DNA of 64,000 nucleotides from Macrostomum lignano (taxonomy: Eukaryota): positions 166,763 to 230,762 of the forward strand of contig NIVC01001117.1 of the NCBI GenBank assembly GCA_002269645.1, in the 5' to 3' direction. This document shows, one piece after another, positions 35,972 to 48,800 of this stretch. Positions within the stretch are counted from its first letter, which is position 1. Every line of letters begins with the position of its first letter. A program made the translations under genes and the position numbers. A model generated the notes under the pieces. It made no database searches and was not told the origin of the DNA. It was given only the letters and a program-made list of their open reading frames with translations.

Positions 35972-38900
35972 TGAGTTTGGTTGAATGTGTTTTCTGCTGC
36001 CGGCTATCGCAGCATTCAAGGTCGGGGGGGGGGTGCGGTGGTGAAGGTTTCTCCTGTCTGCGAGCTGTCAGTTTTATAACCAATGCTGGAAGCTATGGGT
36101 TTTAAATTACAGCAGGCAAAGGATTATAACTGCAGCTCAACTTGTTAAAGGGAGAAGTTTGAATTCGAGAGAAAAAACTTGAAACTCTTGGAAAAGAAAT
36201 TTTTCAAGCCCGATGGCCCGTTCTGGCTGAGCGAGGAGCAGCCATCTGCTGAGGATCCGTGCATATGGAAGATCTGACTTTTGCAAAGGTTGTAGGGGGG
36301 GTTCTTGAGTAATCCGATCTCATCTTCCCCAGTGCTAGCGAGGTGAGCAGTTAGTTACGGTGTCAAGTTTCACGGTGACGTTAGTAACGGGTTTTTTCAT
36401 TCCGCAGCTGTATCAGCTGTATCGGAGTGGGCAAGCAATGCAGCTCCTACCTGAGTAGCCGGGTCCATCGCCAGATATTGTCAGTTCAGGTCTCAGGCAG
36501 AGAGCGCTCGTCGGTGTCGCATCAGTGAAATGGAGAGTCGGAGATCCGAAATCTCCCGTCCAGTTTATCCCGACTTGCCCCGGCTGGACAACTCCCCTTC
36601 CTCCTTTCCAGATGCGAATGGAGGAGGATCAAGAGAAAGTTGATTGAGGATGAGGGGAGATGAGGGAGATGAGGCGGAGAGCACGGATGAGCTCCCATTG
36701 GCTGGCCTGAGCTCCGCTTTGAGTTGCGTTGACTCTGCCCGCGCTTAGTCTGGAATGCCAGACCCCCCCCCCCTCCACAGCTGCCTCTCTTCACCCTGCC
36801 CCATCAGCAGGCACAGTCATGCGCCATCTTCCGCCAACATGGCAGCATCTTCCCGTCGTTCCTGCGGCTCACACACTCACGCGCTCGCTAACACACACTC
36901 ACACCTAGCGCCGCCGCCAGAGCTGCTCATGGCAGGGCCATTGTCATGCAAAACCTCGCTCTCAGCACCCGCATCCTGTCTGTTAGAAGCGGAACCTTAT
37001 ATTATTCCCCTAACACCAGTTCCCGTCTCGCGTATCAAAATTGCTTGGGGCTTTCTTTTGGCCAGCAAGCGCGCCGCCTGCCACTTTCCATAGGTGTAAA
37101 ATCTATCTTTCTTTCACACTGCGACCCACCCCGCCACCAACCCCAAGCCAGTCACAATATACCGTCATTAGGGGGGAATTTAGACTTCCGGGGTCTGTTC
37201 TCAGCATCATCAGATGCCGATTATTTTCCTTTGATGATTGCAAGATTTCACGCGCAACCTAATGAATGCTATTAAAAAAATTGTTGTGAGCAATCAGCTC
37301 ATGCACTGCAGCAATCGGAGCTCACTGCTTGCTGGTAGATGAAATGAATCTGAGGCTTATAGGAGTGATGCATGCGGTTGACCCCAACGACATCTGGCCA
37401 AAGAGGCGAGCGGCAACATCGGATCCACAGCCGCCGCCACCGCGGCCGCTGTTTGCGCTAGCCCTGACTGGCTGCGGAGATCAAAGTCAGCGCGCGGAGG
37501 GAAGTGGCCACTGGTCCAGGAAATTGCAAAGGAGATGAGCTTGAAGCGGTGCTCGAGTGTCCTCATTTCCTGGAGGAGGAGGGCGCCACGAGCTCTCCGG
37601 TGCTGATAGCAAACTTTGTGCATAAAGCGGCTGATCTGGACAAGAGAGAGAGAGAGAGAGAGAGAGAGTGATTGATGGAGGGCCGTGTTTCAGCTGTTGA
37701 TGCTCTGGTCATGTTCCAGTTCTGGGCAAACACCCAGTATACCCCCAGAGCCATCAGTCTGTGGGGTGCCGCTCCCACCGCTTAGCAAAGTTGTGAGCAC
37801 CAAGCGGCTTTCTTCCCCTCCCTGAGTCCCCTCTCTTGATCTCTCTCTCTCTCCGACGCATATCTCATTTCGTGTGCCATCTCATTGAGCCCGGCAGCTC
37901 ATTGCCAATGCGCTGCCCCCCAGGTCCTTCATCCGAGCACTTGTCATTCTGCTTTACTCTGCTTCTTATATCAACTATGTTGATCTAAGAACCGACTCTC
38001 TATACATCTGTCTCTTTATCTTCTCCTAGTAGAGCTCATTATTGTTCTCAACTGAGCGCATGCGTCAACAAGTCAATCCAGTTCTCTAAAGTTATTTCTC
38101 AACATCTTTAATATTCTTTTGTTTCACTCAGCCTGTCAAGACTTGGCGTGTCAATTGTCAATTTGACTTTTTACTATTGAATTTTACTCTGCAACCATGC
38201 ATTGCAAGCCTCTCCCCGCTTGTTGACAGTCTTCCCGGTCTCAATACCCCCGGTAATCCTCATCGCCGTGTCTTCCTTGCAGCATCCAGCCCCCGATCCT
38301 TCCTACTCGCCTTCCTTCCTCCATCTCCGAAGGCACCTCCGATCTCAGTTTCACTGAAGGCGCGTCATTCAAAGTTTGCAGAAAGACATGATCTGACTGA
38401 CTGACTGCGCGCCTCCCGCAGCTGTGGCGCCTTCCCCCCTCCCCTGGAATGGATCGACTCTCTCCCTGCTCTCCGATTTTCCCATTTTCCCATCCTTCAT
38501 AACCAGTCCCGTCTCCGCTCTCTCTCTCTCTCTCTCTCTCTCGCTAATCAGCAGAAGCTCTGCAGAATGGGAAGAGGCGAGAGGTCGCGCTGCGAAGGAT
38601 AGCCAGTTCCCAGCTTCAAGCGAGGAAGGTGCCACTCAGAGCAGCAGCTGGCGCCGCACCCAAACTTCCGCGGCGTCCGGAGAGTCGTCAAATGATGTGC
38701 GGCTGCGACCTAGCCGCGGGGCGGAGCTCTTGAAGAGGCTCTTGAAGTTGGCCAGTTACTGCTAGAGAGCCAGCGCAGTCCCCCATGGCTTCCCAGAATC
38801 TGCATGCTTATCCCTTTCTCTGCCGACCCCTTTCCCCCCGAGGACGTCAATAGCCAAGGCAAACACGGTGCGATCGAGCTAATTATGAAGCCTGCCGCAT

Positions 38901-39164
38901 GATCCTTTAAATAATTGAAAAATTGGGGAGCCTTCTCCCATCTCCAAACCGTTTTGGAGTATATCGATGAGGCCCCGAGTTGAGTTTCACTGAGCGTCTC
39001 CTCCTCCCTACGGCTTTCTCTCGTCGCTACCTCATCTTCGTTTTGGTGGGTGTCTTCCAAAATGACCTTTGTAAAATGTATTTACGCTCGTAGCTACGAA
39101 AAAAGAACTCCTGACATTGTTTAACGGATTTCGCATCGAATACGCGGAATGGAAAATAATATAT

Positions 39165-39320
39165 TAATATAGACTGGCTGTTGAGGACTGAAATGAACTG
39201 AAACGCCGAGGCGCGTAAAATACGTATGAAACATTCGCCGACACTTATTCAGACACTTCTACAGACACGTAGCGCCGAGGCTTTTCAGTTCATTTCAGTC
39301 CGAACAGCCAGTCCATATTA
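39165..39320. mobile_element. Short palindromic (MITE-like) element with an inserted copy of the foldback terminus at its centre
   Basis: taatatagactggctgttgaggactgaaatgaactgaaa is nearly the reverse complement of ttttcagttcatttcagtccgaacagccagtccatatta. Confidence 0.7.
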
Positions 39321-40119
39321 GTGTTATGGGTTAGGCTGAAGCGCGGACGCACAACGCGGTTTCACGTCCACAGAAACTGTCTATGGTTGAAAAAGCTTTA
39401 GCTATATGCTTCGTGGCGGTTTCGCAGTCCGCGGAGACTGTCTATGGTTGAAACCCAAATAGAGTTTGAAGCATTCTTCTCTTGGTGGGTGGGAGAGAAA
39501 ATAAGATTTAAACAGCTTTAAGGTTCGGAATTAGCCATGTTTCACTGGGAATCAATACTAGAGGAAGATATTAGCGGTTTAGAAATGAATGAGATTGAGT
39601 TTCTGCAGCAACTTGGACATCGTGATCCTGGTGAAGAAGTTAGTCAGTGGACCGGTGTGACCGTAAGACAGCAGGAGTTGATTGACGCAGAATTGTCCAA
39701 TCCAAGCATTCTGAATGATACCGAGCTTCTGCGGGAACTGACGGAAGAAGAGGAAGCTGCTGTGCAAGACGTCGAAGAGGCTGCCAAACGCAAATCGACC
39801 ACGGATCAAACCGCACTCCATGTGAAGCGCTTCAAAAAATATCTGGTATTGAGATTCAAAAAACTATTGAGGTAACTATTGATGAACTCTCCAGCCACAT
39901 ATCATTTTGAGCTTCCAAGCGTTATTTACTGAATTATTTCGTTTACTTCGTGTTTCATTCCTGTTGTGTTTGGTCTTGTGTTTGTTGGCTGTGAAATATA
40001 CAGTGGCTATAAGTGATGAATTGAATATAATTGAAATATGCTTCAACCATAGACAGTGACGGCGGACAAATGTAGAGCGTTTCAATCGCGTTTCAACCCA
40101 GGCAGCCTACCCATAACGC
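39321..40119 (+). mobile_element. About 800-bp element with terminal and subterminal inverted repeats, carrying a short ORF (39537-39875)
   Basis: Termini gtgttatgggttaggctg...cagcctacccataacgc. Subterminal actgtctatggttgaaa (x2) is inverted as ttcaaccatagacagt. The ORF end STTDQTALHVKRFKKYL is weakly like the N-terminal helix of Crypton/DUF3504 tyrosine-recombinase proteins. Confidence 0.5.
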
Positions 40120-40290
40120 AGATTTCTATGCGTTCCGAGCGTTCAATCAGTTATTTGTATTTGCATGAGTTTTATAAATAGACTGTGTCGCAGCCAGTGT
40201 TGGAACCCTGCATACATGCAGGACTCTGTCTGGTTAGCGGCTTATAACAGTTTCTATGACAAGATGGGGGACACGCTGCAGTCGAGAGCA

Positions 40291-42672
40291 TCAGAGCAGT
40301 TGCAGCGGGTGCTCCTGACTGCCGGCGCGCACCGCGATGCCATCCAGGGCTGCGCCTTCTGGCGGAGCGAAGTAGCCGATGATCTTGTCGCGACTCGGAT
40401 CGTAGGAGCTGCACAGAACCGTGCCGACCGCTTCGCCGTTGCGGAAGAGCGGCTCGCCGCCCCAGATCCAGTAGTCGCTGGCCGGATTGAGGCTGGGCAG
40501 GGCGAACTTGCCCAAGTTGGCCAGCTGGCGGGGGCTCAGGCGGCAATGGAAATCCTCGGCAAACTCCGGACGGCGTTCGCTCAGGCGGAACATCCGCATA
40601 GCGTAGTAGCCGATCGGGACGAAGCCCTGGGCGTGGTTCAGATAGCGAAACACTGACGGAGCGTTGCCGGCCTGGGCCAGGACGAATACGTCCGTCTCGT
40701 CAGCGAAGGTGAACGGATCCGAGGGTAGTCGCGGGAATTCGCCGTAGTGAACGGCCCGGGGCAGGTGCAACAGGCAGTAGTTAATGCTGATGTCCGTGAT
40801 GGCCACAGTTTCGTCTGCCGCCTTCTCGTTCAAGAGGGAGACGGCGCGCGTCTGAGCGACTCCGGACGAAAGAAAGATTGCCGAGCGTTCCGTCTGTTTG
40901 ACAAGACGGCCGAAGAGTTCAAGGGACTGGCCGTCCCTGGACGACATGGTGACGAAGTCTCCGGATGGCAGGCGCGACAAGCCGGACTCGAAGCGTGTAC
41001 GGTTGAACACGGACGACAGGAAAGCCTCCAGATCGTCTGGCGTGTGCGCCGTGATGCGGATCTGCGTAGCCGAGCTGTTGTCGTAGATGGTCTTCATCCG
41101 CTGGATCTTGCGGTACTCAGCCGAGGCGAAGTCGATCCAGAACGGCCGGCCGTACGAGCGCCAGCTGGCCTGCATCTGGTTTTGGGACTGCGGATGGTCG
41201 TAAAACACCGGGTGCTCGTAGCCGTTCTGCGTCTGCTCCAGCACAGCCCCGTGCTCCCTTTGCGCCTCGTGCAGCGCGGAGACAATCAGCTGGCGGCCGG
41301 TGTTGAACTGGTTCTTCGGCCCAGGGTTGATCAGCGCGTTGTACGATTCGGGCAGTCGGTTGACGATGAAAGCCGGATGGTCCGTGTGCTGCGGCACGAA
41401 CCGGCGAACGTCGATTGAAGTTGTGTCGACTTGAGTCTTTCCGTTCATCACCAGCTCAGCCATGGAGGCGCCCAGACCGCCGGACAGGCTGATGCCGACC
41501 GAGTTGAGCCCGGCCGCCACAAAATAGCCAGGTATGTCGGGCACCTCGCCGAAGATTGGTTGAGCATCCGGCGTGAACGTCTCGGGTCCGTTGATGCTGG
41601 ATCGGACCCCGAGCTTCGATAGCATCGGAAATCGATGGTTGGCGCCGCGGACAATTGGCTCGAACTGTTTGTTGTCCTCTGGTAGCAGTTGGTTCTCGAA
41701 GTTCGGCGGTACGCCAGTTGGAAACACAACTTTGCCTGTCGGCTCGAATCCGCCAACGCACAGGCCGCCTTGCCATTCGCGAACGTAGAATAGGCGTTCG
41801 TTGTTCCGCACCACTGGGAAGGCCTTAGTGATGGAATCGTCCTCAGCCGGCTGGGTGAACATGGCGAAGTGCTCGCAGCTGCCCAGTGGAATTCGAACTC
41901 GCTCGGTGCAGCGCCTGCCCAGCTGCCGGGCCCACTGGCCGGCCGCATTGACGAACGCCTCGCACTCGATGAGGCCCTTCGGCGTCTCAACCGAGGCGAC
42001 GCGGCCGTCCATGTTGAGGTGGACGCGACGGACGTGGGTGCCCAGTCGAATTTCGGCTCCTTTGGCCTTGGCCGCAGACAGGTAGGCGTTGGTCAGGTCC
42101 ATCGGGCTGCTCAGGGCGCCGTCGCTTGGCGTGTACAGAGCACCGATAAGATCGTCCGTGAGCATCAGCGACGAAGGCACGAGTCGCTGGATCTCGCTTG
42201 GACCCAGCAGGTGGCTCTCAATTTTGTGCGCGTCGCCCATCGCCTTGAGCCGCTCGAGCGAGTGCATCGTTGCCGAGCTCTCGGCCAACGACAGGCTGCC
42301 GTAGTTCACAAAGCCGGACGGGAAGCCCTTGTCGTCCAGCTGTTTGCAGGTTTGCACCGTCTGTTTGGCCAGCTGGGTAAGAGCTTCGAACTGGCGCAGC
42401 TGGGAGATCAGGCCGACCGAATGCCAAGTGGTGCCGCAGCCAACGCTGGCGCCCTGCTCAAGCAGGAGCACACTCTTGCAGCCCAGCTCGGTCAGGTGGT
42501 AGGCGATAGAACAGCCTGTGACGCCGGCTCCGCAGACCACCACCTGAGCCGAGTCAATAACTGACAGGCTTGGCTCAGCCGGCCTGCTGCCGACGAAGCG
42601 AGCCTGAGAGGTCACCGCGGACCATCGCCGAGCTGCTGGTGGCAGCCGACGGCCGCAGATTGCGCGCAGCAT
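40291..42672 (-). CDS. PDPR: Mitochondrial FAD-dependent GcvT-family protein most like the pyruvate dehydrogenase phosphatase regulatory subunit; intronless
   Basis: Arg-rich transit peptide, then QVVVCGAGVTGCSIAYHL (FAD binding), NGPETFTPD, GYFVAAGLNSVG and a C-terminal WIWGGEPLFRNGEAVG. Sarcosine dehydrogenase is the alternative call. Confidence 0.7.
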   Translation of the reverse strand: MLRAICGRRLPPAARRWSAVTSQARFVGSRPAEPSLSVIDSAQVVVCGAGVTGCSIAYHLTELGCKSVLLLEQGASVGCGTTWHSVGLISQLRQFEALTQLAKQTVQTCKQLDDKGFPSGFVNYGSLSLAESSATMHSLERLKAMGDAHKIESHLLGPSEIQRLVPSSLMLTDDLIGALYTPSDGALSSPMDLTNAYLSAAKAKGAEIRLGTHVRRVHLNMDGRVASVETPKGLIECEAFVNAAGQWARQLGRRCTERVRIPLGSCEHFAMFTQPAEDDSITKAFPVVRNNERLFYVREWQGGLCVGGFEPTGKVVFPTGVPPNFENQLLPEDNKQFEPIVRGANHRFPMLSKLGVRSSINGPETFTPDAQPIFGEVPDIPGYFVAAGLNSVGISLSGGLGASMAELVMNGKTQVDTTSIDVRRFVPQHTDHPAFIVNRLPESYNALINPGPKNQFNTGRQLIVSALHEAQREHGAVLEQTQNGYEHPVFYDHPQSQNQMQASWRSYGRPFWIDFASAEYRKIQRMKTIYDNSSATQIRITAHTPDDLEAFLSSVFNRTRFESGLSRLPSGDFVTMSSRDGQSLELFGRLVKQTERSAIFLSSGVAQTRAVSLLNEKAADETVAITDISINYCLLHLPRAVHYGEFPRLPSDPFTFADETDVFVLAQAGNAPSVFRYLNHAQGFVPIGYYAMRMFRLSERRPEFAEDFHCRLSPRQLANLGKFALPSLNPASDYWIWGGEPLFRNGEAVGTVLCSSYDPSRDKIIGYFAPPEGAALDGIAVRAGSQEHPLQLL

Positions 42673-43254
42673 CTTTCGATTTCAAGTAGCTTGTACTACC
42701 GAGCGCGATTCGTACGTCCGTCTTCGTTTGGTGTTGCAGATTTTGGCTGGACCCAATGAAGCGCTACAATCTGTCAATGGTTAGATAGAGGTAGACAGGC
42801 CGGGTTGGTTGCAGGTTATCTATAAAAATAAAAGTCACGAGCTCTTTGCTTGGCTATCAGTAGAGTAAAATGCCACTAAGAATTTTGTATTTCCTAAGAA
42901 TGTATCGTTGAATTTCCTTACATGGTCAGTAAATAACAAGAAAATGGTATAGTTATTGTCTTTCTAGTAAGTACACAAACATGCGACGTTAGCTTGGCAA
43001 ATTCAATTAAATGCTGGTTAAATACACTTAAACGTCCTATAAGCACAGGACCTCGGCTTAATTATCCATAATTTTCTTGTTTTAATTTTAAAGGTAGTAT
43101 ACAATGTCCCCATTAGCGCGAATTCGAATTTCATTTAATTTACCGAATGTAAACTTAAGGGTGATTAATGTGGCTGAGATTGAAATGTTTTACGCTCGTA
43201 AGACTTAGATTTTAAAGAATCAGCCTACAGCTACTCACTCCAATTCATTGTTCA

Positions 43255-45810
43255 AAGAGATGGATCTAACAGATGTATCTAACAGATCTATATACAGATC
43301 GATCTAGCAGACAAATCTAGCATATATATCTAACAGATAGACCTAACATATATCTAACAGATAGACCTAACATATATCTAACAGATTGATCTAACAGATA
43401 TCTAACAGATAGACGACAGATGGATTTACCAGATGGATCTATCGATGAATCCAACAGATAGATCCAACAGATAGATCCAACAGACAGATCCAACAGACAG
43501 ATCCAACAGACAGATCCAACAGACAGATCCAACAGATAGATCCAACAGACAGATCCAACAGACAGATCCAACAGATAGATCCAACAGACAGATCCAACAG
43601 ACAGATCCAACAGATAGATCCAACAGACAGATCCAACAGACAGATCCAACAGATAGATCCAACAGATAGATCCAACAGATAGATCCAACAGATAGATCCA
43701 ACAGATAGATCCAACAGACAGATCCAACAGATAGATCCAACAGACAGATCCAACAGACAGATCCAACAGATAGATCCAACAGATAGATCCAACAGATAGA
43801 TCCAACAGATAGATCCAACAGACAGATCCAACAGACAGATCCAACAGACAGATCCAACAGATAGATCCAACAGACAGATCCAACAGATAGATCCAACAGA
43901 CAGATCCAACAGACAGATCCAACAGATAGATCCAACAGACAGATCCAACAGACAGATCCAACAGACAGATCCAACAGACAGATCCAACAGATAGATCCAA
44001 CAGACAGATCCAACAGACAGATCCAACAGATAGATCCAACAGACAGATCCAACAGACAGATCCAACAGATAGATCCAACAGATAGATCCAACAGACAGAT
44101 CCAACAGATAGATCCAACAGATAGATCCAACAGACAGATCCAACAGACAGATCCAACAGATAGATCCAACAGACAGATCCAACAGATAGATCCAACAGAT
44201 AGATCCAACAGATAGATCCAACAGATAGATCCAACAGACAGATCCAACAGACAGATCCAACAGATAGATCCAACAGATAGATCCAACAGATAGATCCAAC
44301 AGACAGATCCAACAGACAGATCCAACAGATAGATCCAACAGATAGATCCAACAGATAGATCCAACAGACAGATCCAACAGACAGATCCAACAGATAGATC
44401 CAACAGACAGATCCAACAGATAGATCCAACAGACAGATCCAACAGACAGATCCAACAGACAGATCCAACAGATAGATCCAACAGACAGATCCAACAGATA
44501 GATCCAACAGATAGATCCAACAGATAGATCCAACAGATAGATCCAACAGACAGATCCAACAGACAGATCCAACAGACAGATCCAACAGACAGATCCAACA
44601 GATAGATCCAACAGACAGATCCAACAGATAGATCCAACAGACAGATCCAACAGACAGATCCAACAGATAGATCCAACAGACAGATCCAACAGACAGATCC
44701 AACAGACAGATCCAACAGACAGATCCAACAGATAGATCCAACAGACAGATCCAACAGACAGATCCAACAGATAGATCCAACAGACAGATCCAACAGACAG
44801 ATCCAACAGATAGATCCAACAGATAGATCCAACAGACAGATCCAACAGATAGATCCAACAGATAGATCCAACAGACAGATCCAACAGACAGATCCAACAG
44901 ATAGATCCAACAGACAGATCCAACAGATAGATCCAACAGATAGATCCAACAGATAGATCCAACAGATAGATCCAACAGACAGATCCAACAGACAGATCCA
45001 ACAGATAGATCCAACAGATAGATCCAACAGATAGATCCAACAGACAGATCCAACAGACAGATCCAACAGATAGATCCAACAGATAGATCCAACAGATAGA
45101 TCCAACAGACAGATCCAACAGACAGATCCAACAGATAGATCCAACAGACAGATCCAACAGATAGATCCAACAGACAGATCCAACAGACAGATCCAACAGA
45201 CAGATCCAACAGATAGATCCAACAGACAGATCCAACAGATAGATCCAACAGATAGATCCAACAGATAGATCCAACAGATAGATCCAACAGACAGATCCAA
45301 CAGACAGATCCAACAGATAGATCCAACAGATAGATCCAACAGATAGATCCAACAGACAGATCCAACAGACAGATCCAACAGATAGATCCAACAGACAGAT
45401 CCAACAGATAGATCCAACAGACAGATCCAACAGATAGATCCAACAGACAGATCCAACAGATAGATCCAACAGACAGATCCAACAGACAGATCCAACAGAC
45501 AGATCCAACAGATAGATCCAACAGATAGATCCAACAGATAGATCCAACAGACAGATCCAACAGACAGATCCAACAGATAGATCCAACAGATAGATCCAAC
45601 AGATAGATCCAACAGACAGATCCAACAGACAGATCCAACAGATAGATCCAACAGACAGATCCAACAGATAGATCCAACAGACAGATCCAACAGACAGATC
45701 CAACAGATAGATCCAACAGATAGATCCAACAGATAGATCCAACAGACAGATCCAACAGACAGATCCAACAGATAGATCCAACGGATAGATCTAACAGATC
45801 CAACAGGTCT
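43255..45810. repeat. 13-bp satellite agatccaacaga[T/C], about 180 highly homogeneous copies with one dimorphic position
   Basis: Read directly. The 780-828 aa ORFs are artefacts of the repeat. Confidence 0.98.
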
Positions 45811-48800
45811 ACAAATAAATTTGAATTAAGTCGAGTTTTCTATATCAAATGGAAACTCTCGCAATAAATCTTGATGAAGGGGCGCCTCGTGGTCCAAAGT
45901 GGCTTGTTAATACGCTCGTGTTCATATTTTTCATAAATTACAATCGTACGATTGGGTTTTTGGCTAAATTATCCATACCCGCGTGCACACCAAGCCAATT
46001 TCAAGAAAGCACTTACCAAATAAATGCGAAAGCAAATGCCGATTGTTGTCGTGAAAAAACGAAATAATGTAAGCTTTTATCGCTGCGATTAGGCAAGAAA
46101 ACTAACGTTAGCATAACATACTGTATGAGATTGACCATTTATAAAATAGCTGCAGTTGACAGTCCGCGGCCTTATCAAATGCTACTGCGAAAGAATTTCT
46201 GTAGTGCCTGTCCTAGCTCTGCCGACTCGACCGCGTGTACACCGGAGCTGTACAGCTTTTGTAGGCTGTACAAAAATGTTAACTCTTATAGTTGCGCTCA
46301 TGCAACTACACAAGCGCATGCAGTGTGCGCTGCAGTGCAGGGGGTGTGTTCGTGCAATATATCCTAGCTCATAGATTGTTGCACACTGCTGCATGGGTAG
46401 GAATGAATAATTGGCTTGAAGTTTCAGTTTATTGGGAGAGAGAGCCAAGCTGTGCACAGTAAAAACCAAATTTTAGCTGTATACCCTCACGCCTCTCATG
46501 TGACTTGATCGAGGTGGGGGGGGGGGCAAAACCAGATCTTCTCGACTAGATTTCAACGTGCAGGACTGTGTATATATTTAGACTTTCTTTTAACCACTAA
46601 TTTCAGGAAAACTGGATAAGAAAGTTACAGTAGGTTTTAAAGCAAACTTTGATCTTCTTTCAAATTGTAAACTTGTGTTGAGCCTGAAGCAAAAAACCGC
46701 GTTAAGAAGTACACATTCAGTAGCCCTTGGAGAATTGGGCCGCGGGCATGTGGGGACCTTTTGAGAGGACTAGGAAAGGTTATTCTGGCCGAAAAACAAT
46801 CTAGGCCGATCAGGCGCGTAGTCAGAATTTTGATTGGAAGGGTTCACATCTTTGGGAAGGCGCAACCCATTCGCCGCGCGGGTGCCATCTTGATCGAGAG
46901 AGTAGCTAATTTAATTACATGTACATGTATGTCAGAGATCAATAAACAGACCAGATATACAGTACTAAAAGATCGATGAATATTCTCTACTTACTTCCAA
47001 TAAAAAACTATGATGTGTTACCACTCTAAAAATTTCCTAGATATCTCCATAGTGTTTATTTTTCGCAAGCCGGCCATGCTTCATCATCCCTTCGATTTTT
47101 CTATATTAAGAAACCAGAATTTTCGGAATGATGTTAGTTCAGTTCAGTCGTCCTTATTTTTCAAAGTTAACTGGCTAGTCGGTCAGGTTATCTATTAATG
47201 CAAAACAGTATTTTTACTTATGTTGTACAATATCTTGTTAAAGCTTGTAAAAGAAAAGGGATCAATTGTGATGGGACACGCAATGCGCAGATCCAGAAAT
47301 TTTTATGCTTGCAACCTGTACTAAGCTTATTCCTAACTAGTACAAGGTCAAAAAATCCATAAGGATCCGTCAATAACAAGACGCATGTGGCACACGAGTC
47401 ACATGAATTGCATGGCAACATGTACGACGACAGCTACATATACCGGTGATTCGTAAGGGTAGAATTTTGATTTAAAAATTTATCAAAAAAGTCACGCACA
47501 ACTAACTTAAATATAAATGTATAAGTAATTATTTTGTCAGCTTAAAAATTCATTATGACAAAACACTTTGTTCAACTTTGCATGTTGACGTTAATTAAAT
47601 TTATTGTTCTTAAATCTCGTCGACGTATAAATAATATAGTACCACGTATAATGTATCATATAACTAACTCATTTATGAGTCGTAGTAGCTAGTAAGCTAG
47701 TCAGGTATAGCTGTGTATCACAGGGCCTAGGAAGTAACGATTTAAAATACCGGCACGACCGGCACTCATTGACTCCTTTTTCTAGCAAAAAAGGAAATAA
47801 TCAGTACTTCTAACGATTACACAGGCGTAACGATTACACGACCACACAGGCCTGTCTATAACAGCACTGTCAGCAGTTTGCAGCATTGACCAGGAGGGGC
47901 GGGACCCTGCGCACCAGGTATTGATATAACTCCCTAGCGTACACTGTAGAGTGGTATAGTCTGATTTTTGCATCAGTGCAAAAAGTTTTGCATGCATCCT
48001 TGAAAGTTAAATTAGGCAATCTTTTTAACAAGAAGTAGGCCTAACATTTTTCTAAGCTAGGCTGCTCAGTGTAGATTGTGGAATACTAAATAGATTACCA
48101 TTCAGTTCAGTATATCTAAATATTTAATATTCAAATTAAAATATTAATGCTGTATAAGTATAACTATTAGAATGTCAAAACTTATGCTTAAATCATTTTA
48201 AATGTCCTTAACCTTTGTGTGCTAGTGGTGTTTCCTGTACACAGAATCCCATTGCTGCCACCAAAAGTTGTAACAGGGGTGATTCTTCCTTCTTAATAAT
48301 ATCCCACTGTTATTACCAAAAGCTGTCCCAAGGCTCTTAATTATTATTTTGTTTAGCCTTACTAGTTACTAGCTGCCACCAAGTTGTCAAAAGGCTAAAC
48401 TTCCTACACTAATCTTTTAAGTTGGTAGCTGCCACCAGGATTATCCTATTAATAAATTATGAATTTATCAATCTTAGAATAATTCAAGAAATGTTTCTTA
48501 GCATTGATCTGAGTATATATCTTAGTATTTAGTCTGAGTATTTAGTCTGAGTATTTTAGTCTGAGTATTTATGTGAGTATATTGTTCTTAGAATATTAAG
48601 AATTGCAGTCTCTAGAGCGTTATGGACAAACATACAAACAAACAAACAAACCTTAGAGATTTAGTATATTTAGATTTAGCCCTTACAATTGTTATCATTC
48701 TCTTGTTATTCCAGTAGCATTTACTATTGTTCTGGTAGCGTTTATTATTATTCTGGCCTGAGTGGTCTATTGGCTATACTGGTATATGTTTTTCATGTAC

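Noticed and set aside
40165-42564. Numerous antisense or overlapping ORFs over PDPR, HSL, HSP90B1, the ZF gene and FTSJ3
   Set aside because: Expected shadows of GC-rich coding sequence with no recognisable motifs.
43317-45803. 780-828 aa ORFs (LLDLSVGSxCW repeats)
   Set aside because: Open in all three minus frames because the 13-bp unit lacks stops; this is a satellite artefact. The same applies to the repeat ORFs at 272-1293, 4666-5423, 8420-9074, 15288-16253, 22074-23689, 26827-27558, 33203-33525, 55295-55638 and 59451-59667.
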